Assembly: GCF_009914755.1 (NCBI RefSeq)
Contig: NC_060926.1
Strand: one strand, 5' to 3'
Source: the human T2T-CHM13v2.0 reference genome, Homo sapiens
Length of the DNA stretch: 64,000 nt
Position numbers and translations under genes: made by a program. This document shows positions 53,774-64,000 of this stretch, piece after piece; the first letter of the stretch is position 1; each line of letters opens with the position of its first letter. Under the pieces are notes generated by a model. The model was not told the DNA's origin and did not search any database. It saw only the letters and a list, made by a program, of their open reading frames with translations.

Positions 53774-56700
53774 AATATGGCTTTTAAGAAGAAGCTGAGC
53801 CAGCCCCACCTGTTTCGTTTGGTTCTGGTGCTGGCCTGTGTTTTGACAACATGCTTGTAAGAGTTTTAGGTTCTGTCAGCATCAGCAGACACAGCCCATC
53901 CTTCTCTCCAAATGACTGTTCCCTTAGGCACTTGAGTCACTTTTCAGTAAACATCTGCATCATACTTCAAATCCTGTTACTAACATTTGTGTCTCCAAAA
54001 TTTATTCTCCAAACCCCAAACCCCGCACACTTTAATGCAGGCCTGAAGTAGATGGAAAAGGGGAAATAAATGATGTCACCATAGCTTATCACATGACCTA
54101 AATTAACTTTTCATGATTGACCAGCATTAATATTCACAGATTTAACAATGCTTTTTAAGAAAAAACAACAGTCCAGAAGTGATTCTTTCTGTGTGGTAGA
54201 TATAGGTCTGTTTATTTTTAAATGTGTTTTTCTTTGTACTTTTTCGTTCTGAAAACTCTTGCATTTTCATTTAATATCACTCATTATAAAGTTTATCTCT
54301 GAAGTAGGATGTATTTTCTGATCATATTTTCATTTCTTAGAAATATATTGTATTTTAATACCTCAATTTTATCAGTATTTTTATATATACTTGTTTGCTT
54401 GGGGGAAGATATGAGTGAGAGAAGCTTTGCACTTCTTTCTCTATGGGTAAAAAAATAAAAAGTTAATTTTAGCATTAGAATTTATTTTAGCTTACTATAT
54501 TCAGGGGAATGCAAATAGCAAAATTTCTATTCTTCTCAACACTCTTTCCAAGATGAAATGTGCTCAGATTGTTCAAACCTAACTTAATAGCTATTAGAAT
54601 CTGTCTTGTCGAAAGTCTCAGATTCTTTATTTTACTCTTTGTAGCAGCAGGACTCTTTGGTCCAACTGCCCGAAAAACTATTGTCAAGAAAATGCCCAGT
54701 GACCTCCAAACTCCTGACCTTTCAATTACCTCAGTGGATGGACCGAGAGAAAGGTGACTTTTAATAAAACACAAATAATATCACTAAACCATCAAAAATT
54801 GAATCCCAAGACGGTTTCTCACTAAATTTTATTTTCCCTGCCTCCCTCAAAGGAACTGTGTATTGAAGTTCTCCATCTGCTGATGATCTCTTAGGCTTAT
54901 CTCGGTGTAGTACATCCATTTAGCAATGCAGATAATCAGCATTTGCAGAATGGCACTCAGTTTTGCAGCTGAAAAGATTAGAGTATACAATCCACCATTC
55001 ATTCTCAAGGGAAGGAGTCATCGCATTGAAGCAGTCTAATTATGGCCATCAGTCCAAATGGCATGGTGGCCAAGGATCAACCCCACCAGCATAGGAAGTT
55101 CCAGGCTCCAAGAAAGCCCAGAGGTTTTGGAATTAGTGAGCTAAGTGAGTTTGCCTCATTCCCACACATCTTGCTCCTCACTTCCTTTACTGTGCCCTGT
55201 GGTTGGTGACATGACTGCATATCTGCCACTTCTCACCACTTTGTATATTCACCCTGCCTTGTCTTGATTTCTCATCTTGATAATTCTCCCATCTTTTGCT
55301 CAAGACACTTTTAAACAACTCTCAGAGTAACATCCTTCTTTGGCCCTAGTGAGCATTTGAAATATGTTCTATATTCTAAAGATCCAGAACATGTGGGCAT
55401 TTTCACGATCCAGCCTGTCACCATGTGTTGTTTAGCCACACGTGTTCAAAGCAGATTTCGAGTTGAGTTATTTCTAGCTGGGCACAAACAGGGTTCCATT
55501 TTCATAGGCCTCACTCTTCCCTACTGCATTACATGGTTTCTTCTTCACTTCTACTACACTACTCCTTCTTTAAATTACAGAAGCTTAAACATAAACAAAA
55601 GTAGAACAAAGTGGCATAATGAAACACCACAAATCCATTACTTTGCTTCAAAATTTCTTAGTACAAAGCTATTATTTTTTATACCTACATGCCTGTGCTG
55701 TAAAATAGATGGACTACTTTGAGCCAAATCAAAGACATCTTATAACTTCATTGGTAAATAGCTTGTATTTATAAGTAGGTAAGAGACGTTCACTTTAAAA
55801 AGCACAAATCAAATATCAATTAAACATTCAAATCTCAAGAATTCTCACAATCCCCACCCCACCCACCCTCCTCTATCTTCTCCATCCCCATTACACTATC
55901 ACTCTTCATTTGACTGGTTCAAATCAGAAGTCAAATGAAGTTGACACGTTGTGTTTGGTTGATATGTCAACAAAGTCACTTATAATTTATCATTTCTTAT
56001 CTTGTAATTTCTTTTTGAAAATGTTGAGTTTATCACATTTGCCCTTTTCCCAGCAAAAGGCATCCCAGTGTCTCCTCACTATGGAGTGGAAGGAGCAAGA
56101 GGTTTATAATAGCATCTTGTTATATTGAAGTCACAAGCTACCAGCATCTTCTTATATTGAAGTCACAGGCAGGATTTAAATTCATCTTATATGTAAGTAT
56201 GGTATCCCAGTGTGTCAGTGAAGAGACAGATGTTACTGAGATCACCTTGCCCAGGGACGCATCTCCTAATATCTGCAAGGATGTCCTGTATACCAAAAGT
56301 ATAGCTTCATTCCTTCTAATCCCAAAGACTCTCAAATAAAGCAAATCTGCGGGAGGACAAAGATGATGGTAAGCACAGAGGAGAATGGGTATCAATCACT
56401 TACATCATTAGGAAGGAGTGAAATCTTACAATGATCTTTCCCTCTGCTTTCTTCCTTTCAGGTGATCTAACTTCCTGTGCCAGCATCATCATTTTACAAT
56501 AAGATTTGACTTTGGTTAAAGTTTGAAATTCTCCTCTGAGGAAACACATTTCAGGATGTTATCTTTCATGCATACCTTATCATGAAGAAAGGATCCAACT
56601 ATTCATAATCTAGATTTCCACTGATTTCTTTAACCACAGTTTGATAACAACCACCAGTGAGGTAGTCAGGTCCAGGTCTTATGGAACTTTATTCTGTTCA

Positions 56701-57560
56701 TTGGGAATGTGGGTTTTATTGATGAGGGAGTGATAAACTATTGGAGAATTCTCAATTGTGGCGTCATGTCTTCTGAGTTATACTTTTACAGGAATGATTC
56801 TGGTTGCTCTGAAGGAACAGATAGATGTGGGGAGACAAGAATAAAAGCAAGGAGGCTTGTAACTGGCTGTTTTCATACTAGAGGTGAGTGAGAGAGTTTG
56901 AGAGTTTGATCTGGGCTTTAGAGGCCATAGTCTTACTTTCTCACTTTTACAAGGAAAGAAAGAAAGGCCCATTGTAGTAAAGTGGCCCCTTTAAGAGGCC
57001 ATAGTAAAAGGATCTTAGTCCTCAAATATATAAAATAGTATATATTTTTTAAAAATTGTAAAAACCTTTGCCATTCATTTTCTGACTTAAAATGCCTGAT
57101 GAGGTTGTCTTAGTTCTCAGATTTCAAATCTTCTGATCTATGCATGGCACATAAGTTCCTCACTGAACAATTGATGATTAATTATAAATGCCAATAATGG
57201 TTATTGTTTGAGAGGAGATGACTGTGGATATGGAGAAGTAAACAGAACACTCTCCTTTCTCTTTGACTTCATTTAACCAATTTTTTCTTTCAAATCATTT
57301 TCTAGTAAGAAACCACCTACAAATGCCCAGAGGATTGCTGCCTTATTTAAAGTATTATAAAACTTATTGCATATGCATAACGTGACTGTGACGTGGAAAC
57401 TTCTCAGCCTTGCCCAGTCCTTTTGAAATGTTAAGCTCACTGTAAAAATGATAAAATATTGTTATTTTCTCTTAAGAAATAATAAAATTAAAACCCAAGA
57501 AGGAAAAGACTCTGCTAATAAATAACAGTGTCAAATTTAAAGAAGATATTTGCATAAATA

Positions 57561-57639
57561 TTAGGTTTAACCAAATGAAATTGCCAATATTCAAAAGTTT
57601 TTAACCTTCAAAGCATCGGTTTCATATGGTTCCGTCTAT
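57561..57639. mobile_element. MADE2-like mariner MITE
   Basis: ~80 bp, ttaggtttaaccaaatgaaattgcc...ggtttcatatggttccgtcta, with degenerate TIRs and TA flanks. Confidence 0.75.
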
Positions 57640-58029
57640 TACAAACTCTTGCTCCTTCCAATCCACTGTGGCAACCTTCAGAAAGATGGGGGATATTAAA
57701 TGTCCTTTTGTTCTCACAGAGTATCCTTTATGTTGTGAACATGGACTTAGTTATCACTGCCACTCTGTGGGCTTTTATGATCTATTATAACCTTTACTAT
57801 AGTGCAAATATCTGTATATATAAACACATATATATATAGCCTATTAGACCCTGAATATCTTAAAGGCAGAGAAAGTCTCTTATTTTCCTTTTATAACTAG
57901 CAACTGGCATAGTGACAGACAAGAATGGATGCTCCATATGTCTTTGTTTAGAATGATATAAATGCAGGGGTTGATGAATCATATTCTTTTAATAATCTTA
58001 TAAGAAGCAGTAATGAGAAGCCATTTTGA

Positions 58030-58230
58030 CAACAGGCTTTTAAATCAGACACCCTGGGTTTAGATGTGAATCCGATATTTACTTCCTATGGAAGTTGGGA
58101 CAAGTTGCTCAAACTTGAAGTGCCTCAGCTTCCTCATATATGTAACAGACAATACTTACCTCACAGAGATGTAGTGATAATTCAATAAGTTATTGCTTAG
58201 AATAGTGAGTGGCATGTAATAATTGCCATA
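58030..58230. mobile_element. MIR
   Basis: aaatcagacaccctgggtttag...gggacaagttgctcaaac...gtgcctcagcttcctcatatatgtaa. Confidence 0.8.
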
Positions 58231-58286
58231 TACATGTTATATGTGTTTGATTGTTATTTTTAATAATTGTTTGTTGAATTGTGATT

Positions 58287-58288
<2 letters not shown>

Positions 58289-58319
<31 letters not shown>
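58289..58319. repeat. (TG)15 microsatellite
   Basis: Direct reading. Confidence 0.95.
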
Positions 58320-58320
<1 letters not shown>

Positions 58321-61109
58321 TTGTGGAGGTAGTGATGGCAGTGGGAGGCTGTTCTCACTAGTGTTGCTTTCAGAATTCGTTAGCACTAATTTGCCAGCCA
58401 ATTACCTGGGAAGTATGGCATCTGGTTGAATAAAGGAGTCATAATTTTTATAACTTTTGTTTTTGTGACCCTTTGCAATTTTTTGAACATCCACAGTGAG
58501 TCTCAGCAAATAAAGCATCTGGAAATGAATATTAGTTGCAAACTAATTGAAGCAATAACACTAAAAAAGATTAAAAAAGGATAATTGTCATGTTTGAGAT
58601 CCCACACAATAGTGCCAATATCCTGTGCTGAATCTTTTCTGAGGCCTGAAAACAAGGTAAGGGGTCATTGCAGGCATCACGTGATTCTTTTTCACAGGAA
58701 CTTCAGGACTGAATCCTGCAGTAGAAGCAAGAACAGGCTATTGGGAGACTCTGGTCCTCAACTGCACAAAGAAGGGCCCATATCCTCAACTCTGCCACAG
58801 ACCTCTTTGATTCCAGTTGGAAGCCTGGAGATTTCACTGCTGCTGAGGAGGGTTCCAGGGACTGGGAAACCTGAGCTGTGAGCTGAGCTTGGGTGATCTG
58901 TTTCCATCTGTGGTCTGGTGCTGATGGTTTCCAAGGCAGGAATCAAGTCAGTCCTTGAAGAGCTACAACAGAGCAAAAGTGCAGGTATGAGAGCATAGAT
59001 GGACAAAAAAAAGCAAGTAATCATAATCAGAGAAGAGCTGGAGCAGCTAGGAAATTTAGAAGAAGAGAACAGGTTACAATAGATGCCGTGAACACAGCGA
59101 TGGTTCTAAGACTATGCCCATCTTGTTTACTTCTGTGGCTTCAGTGCCTGACAAATACATAGTCAGCACTCATCAAATATTAAATAAATACATGCATGAA
59201 TTGTCAAAAGGAGGTGACACTATCCAACCACTTAAAGTATAAATTTTTCCAGATAGATACAATGCTACAGATACATTATCAAATAGGATGGAGGAACTAG
59301 AAGATTAAGAGAAGCATTAGATTGCTCTACTCTGGAAGTAATCTCCAGCAAGATAAGGAATCAATTCTCTTTGCCCATTTAATTACCATATTTCCTGAAG
59401 ATTTAGAAATATTTTATCTGGCTCCCTGGTCCTAATATTTGAGGAATCTATGATTTGATAAATGGAACAAATGCCTTACAGAGATATGATATAGCCAGGG
59501 TGTCTTGGGCAGAAATACGTAATTGGTAAAGTCAAGATGGTGGAAGGTAAGCTCTGTTTCTGAAGACAAATCACATCCCTGTACTTCAGACTTGATGGGT
59601 GTCTATGAGCAAGAATGTTTTCTCTATCTGAGCCCCAGGGTAAAAGACAAGACATGGAGCACTCTAATGTAGCCAATCGACTCAGAATATCTCATTTTAA
59701 ATATATTTTTTCATATTAGATGTGCGAGTGGGAAAGTAATTATGAGGTCACACATCCTTTCCTTAGGTAAACCAACATTTTTTTACATTTAGGAAGAAAC
59801 TGAATAAAACTGTCTTTTGTCCAAGTTAATATACCTTGTGAACCCCAGCTTTTTGTTAAGAAAACAAAGTGCTGTGACTTATTTTAAACAACAGAAGGGA
59901 AACATGACTTCTGATTCATAACTTCCCTTAGGCTTGAGGGTCTCTGAAAGGAGAGCTGGAAATGCTGAGAGATGTGAAGATGCTTTGGGAGGGCACAGTT
60001 TCCCCTTTGCCTTATGGGAGATTATAAAGTTTCACAGACTATCACCACTTTACTTTAGAATTTTCCTCAATACTTCCCTCTAGAAGTTTGCAGGGAAGAT
60101 CTCTTCTTGGTTATTAATATGTTTCAGAAATGACAGGCTAAAGTTCTACCTACCCAGATGGAAGCAAACTGATTTTTGGCTTCTCTGTTTGAGTGGCAGC
60201 CAGTGTAACCCTGGGTTTCTGGTTGAAATTCCAATGCAGAGATTCCCAAGCCATCAGCTGGAAGACACAACTTTCAGCATCAACTCTGTTTGTGCCCATC
60301 AGGAAGTTGGATGAAATAATTTTAAAATATGGATATCTGTACATCCAGATATTTTCAGACAAGTTCAGAAAGATTATTTTATAAGGGATGCAATTAGAAA
60401 AACAATTATTACAAAAATTGTACTATATTTAATAAACCTCCTCCTATGTCTCCTACAATGTGTGTGTTATTATCAGATTGATGGGAACATCACTGAATAA
60501 TCAGATCAAGTGAATTTGATTGGTGAGAAAAAAATATGCTCGCTTATGAAATTAACAATTGGTCATGACACAGAGTAACAAAGATTTTATTTATTATTTA
60601 TTCTATTATAATGTTTAAATATATAATTTTATGCAGATTATGCATTTTGCATAAATTCTGTTATGCAAAATATAAATTCTGTTAAGTTCTATAGAGGGCA
60701 GAAGTTTGATTTAAGACAAATATGAGAAAATGTTCTTTCATGACTGAATAATATGATTCTGGTAAAATAAGTGTCTCTGAGAGAAGCCTCAGACTTGTGT
60801 TTTTATGGGAAGAGCGAAATTCTTCTTGCTTGAGGGCAACCTTTTGCAGAGAGGAAAAATAATAGCAAGAAGGAAAGGTGAGGACTACTTTTTGATAGTG
60901 GAAATCAATCTGTGATTCATCACAAAATACAAGTCATCTGGAGCTACAAATTTATGGGTGGTTTAAATAGCAAGAAGCAGAAAGCATATACTTGGGGATA
61001 ACTGGAAAGAAGATCAGAGGTGACCCAAGTTTCAGGAATTGAACTAAAGAGATGGTTGGAATAAAACTTTTTCAGTGGAAAGGCAGAAGAAGGGAAGTGA
61101 TTTTTATTG

Positions 61110-61285
61110 TCTACTTTACAACACGCTTAGCCAACATTATCTCACTTTAATCCACACCACAGCCGTAGCCTTTCACAGTAATATCATCCACATATCACAC
61201 AGGGATAGATGGGGTTATGTTAGATAAATTGTCCATGACCACCCAGTGAGTAAGCAACAGAGCCAGAACTCAAACCTAGGTTGTC
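61110..61285. mobile_element. MIR
   Basis: cattatctcactttaatccacaccacagcc...gagtaagcaacagagccagaactcaaacctagg. Confidence 0.7.
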
Positions 61286-63239
61286 ATCCAATGTCAGGCA
61301 TTTTTCAAGTTTGGAAAAGGGGTCTATACTTCTAAATATATAGAGCAATATTCTGAAGAGAAGGTTAAATAATATGTTGAATGGAGAGAACTTTATCCTG
61401 TCTGAACAACCTCTTTCGATCTATTTAGATTACATGTGAAAATAAAAATGTTCTGTTTTTTCTCTATATGGTAAAGAATAAAAGTACATATGTTTATCAA
61501 AGTGTACAATATTCTAAATCAGGAGTTCTTGAATAAATTAATTACTACATGCTAGAATTCTTAGAAATTTAGATTACACACTTTGTTTTTATAAACAGAT
61601 ATTTAAATAACATCGGTCTTTGCGTATCTATGCACACGCGATGTAGAGGATATTTTCACCAAATGTAAGTGGGATGGAGGCGGCAGTTTGTTGACTTTTC
61701 CTCCAATCTTTATTCTATTTTAAAGCCTTTAGGGAATTGTTCCTTCAGAAACAACGTCAGATACTGTCTCAAAGAAGCTTTTCTGGAAAGCCCTGATATT
61801 AAAAACAAAATGAGAGCCACAAACAACAAAAAGTCCAGGATGTCCAGAGAAAATGGTCCATCTTCAGGCATTCCTGAAAGCAGACCATCACCAACTTTGT
61901 CATCATTATTATTATTTGCTCAGGCATTTCTAAGGAGATAACATCATATCTCCCAGGAACTGCCTCAAAGGCCCAATCCACACAAGGAAGCCCTATGCAA
62001 AATTTTCAATGAAAATGCATTGCCTAGAGTAAAGATGGAGCATTAAGAGAAGATGGAGGCAGAAGTAAGGATCTATGAGTAAATCAATGGCCATGAAAAC
62101 TGGAGGCACTAAAAGAAGCTGGAACAAAACAGGTTGAGGTCAAGATCAGAGGTAGGGAATGCACTGGTGAAATATACAAGCTACGTAGGGTTAGATGGTT
62201 CAAAGGAAGGCCTTTTCATGCAGGGTTGTACCTAATTGTAGACTTAAAATTGAGGCTTATGGAATCACAGTAGTGGTTGACCCTAAATGATTATGTTATT
62301 ATTCTTATCCCCTCATATGAATTTTTTAAATGACTTTCTGCTAAAGACGCATTTCTATTTCAAAATTTAGTATCATTATCTAACTCTGACTCTCTTCCTA
62401 ATTCTTGTCCTTCTAAATCATTTTTGAGAGCTAATTAGGTTGAGTGCCATTTTCAACTGCTACTTTGGAAGATAAGGTACATGCCTGCATATTGTGCGCT
62501 TACTGCTGTGCACATCTGTGCTCAATATCAATCTGCAGGGATTCTGAAAATTAACATCCCTTTAAAGGCAAACAGGATTACAGGGAAAGCTATGTATTAT
62601 TACTTGGTGTTTGGTTTTACGGATACAGCCTGGATTTCAATTGAAAATAGTAAGAAAATTAGAAAATATTTTCTCTTTTCTAAAAATGCTCCCCTCCTCC
62701 ACACACACATAGAAAAATATAATTAGAAAAAATCATATCTTAAAAAGCAAATAAGTACTTTAAAAATATATTCATAGCTTTGAAAGATGCACTATGTCAA
62801 TATAAAATTAAATCCATTTTTATTGTCAAGAAAATGGGCTAATAGAATTTTCTACCAATTTTATGATAATTGGCATATGGATAAAACAGAAAAAAACAAA
62901 GTCTTGATTAGAATTACTGTATCTGGAGGTTTTAAGTTAGGGGAAAAAAAGTCAACTTTTTTTTTTCCTCTCTCTCTAACAGTTTATCACAAGCACAGTT
63001 TCCCCCCACTACTTTCAATTTTATATTCTAGGTTTTAGACCTCTGAAATCTGAGAAGATCTGTGCCTAGGGGAAAGAGACTGCCTTGAAGAAACATGTGT
63101 TTGTGACTGAGTCTTATCAGAGTATAAATAACACAACTGTTTCCAAGAAGAAAAGATCAGATAACATATAGTCAATTGTAGCCTGCAGGGTTGAAAGAAT
63201 TGACAGGTTTTATTACTTGCTCAAATGAATCTTTAATAC

Positions 63240-63545
63240 TTTTTGTTTTGTTTTGTTTTGTTTTTGAGACGGAGTCTCTCTATGTCGCCCAGGCTGGAGA
63301 GCAGTGGTGCAATCTTGGCTCACTGCAAGCTCCACCTCCCAGGTCACGCCATTCTCCTGCCTCAGCCTCCCGAGTAGCTGGGACTACAGGCGCCCACCAC
63401 CACGCCTGGCTAATTTTTTGTATATTTAGAAGAGATGGGGTTTCACAGTGTTACCCAGGATGGTCTCGATCTCCTGACCTCGTGATCCACCTGCCTTGGC
63501 CTCCCAAAGTGCTGGGATTACAGGAGTGATCCACCGCACCCGGCC
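63240..63545 (-). mobile_element. AluY with (TTTTG)n tail
   Basis: CTGCAAGCTCC...CACGCCATTCTCC diagnostic; TSD AATACTTT. Confidence 0.95.
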
Positions 63546-63895
63546 AATACTTTGAAGATAGTAAGAAAAGGAGCAAGATCGGTAGTTAAAAACACCAGAG
63601 AATGTTGCTAGAATGAGCTCCACAAGTGTATGTTGAATTCTCTGGTGTTATAGTTGGGACGACAGAGTAGACAGAGGGAGTGATTAAAGAACAGAAACTT
63701 AACACACCGGAGCACCCTTGTTTGTCCCGTGCTTTACAGTCTTCATTTAACTTATCACACACATAGCAAGTACAGTATAGACAGAAACCAAAACAATATG
63801 CTATAAGATTGAGTAAAAAGGAAAGTGATTTAAAAGAATAAGGAAGCCAAAAAGGAAGCAGTTTGTGGTCGCCTGAGAGATTTGTGACCATAAAG

Positions 63896-64000
63896 CAGGG
63901 GCTGGTTAATATTTTCTGCAAATATCCAGATCGTAAATATCTTAGATTGAGCAACTATTCAATTCTGCTTTGCTGGTAGGAAAGTTGCCTAGATAATATA
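63896..64000. mobile_element. MER58-like hAT element (runs off the window)
   Basis: caggggctggttaatattttctgcaaa...ccagatcgtaaatat...gcaactattcaattctgc resembles the MER58A start. Confidence 0.7.

Overview
Primate (human-like) nuclear DNA that is AT-rich and CpG-depleted, and reads as intergenic or deep intronic. I found no credible protein-coding gene, tRNA/rRNA gene, CpG island or CRISPR array. The ORFs in the track are chance frames or translations of Alu, L1, ERV or microsatellite sequence. Much of the window is recognisable transposon debris: about 14 Alu/FLAM pieces, old L1M/L1ME, L2 and MIR fragments, an LTR-less ERVL gag-pol remnant (~6660-10480), a MER4-group ERV1 provirus (17054-22501), several solo LTRs (MLT1, MST, MER21-like) and DNA transposons (Tigger1, MER20, MER47, MADE2, MER58). 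Three things are most unusual. (1) The ERVL remnant carries three internal rearrangements: a 72-bp fold-back inversion, a 109-bp tandem duplication and an out-of-order RNase H copy, and it also has a Tigger1 inside RT. (2) A ~570-bp L1PA insertion joins the inverted extreme 5' end of L1 to its 3' end. (3) A series of plus-strand splice-site pairs may mark a spliced non-coding RNA. I do not see evidence for a genuinely new biological system. Subfamily names are from memory of consensus sequences and need RepeatMasker/Dfam confirmation.
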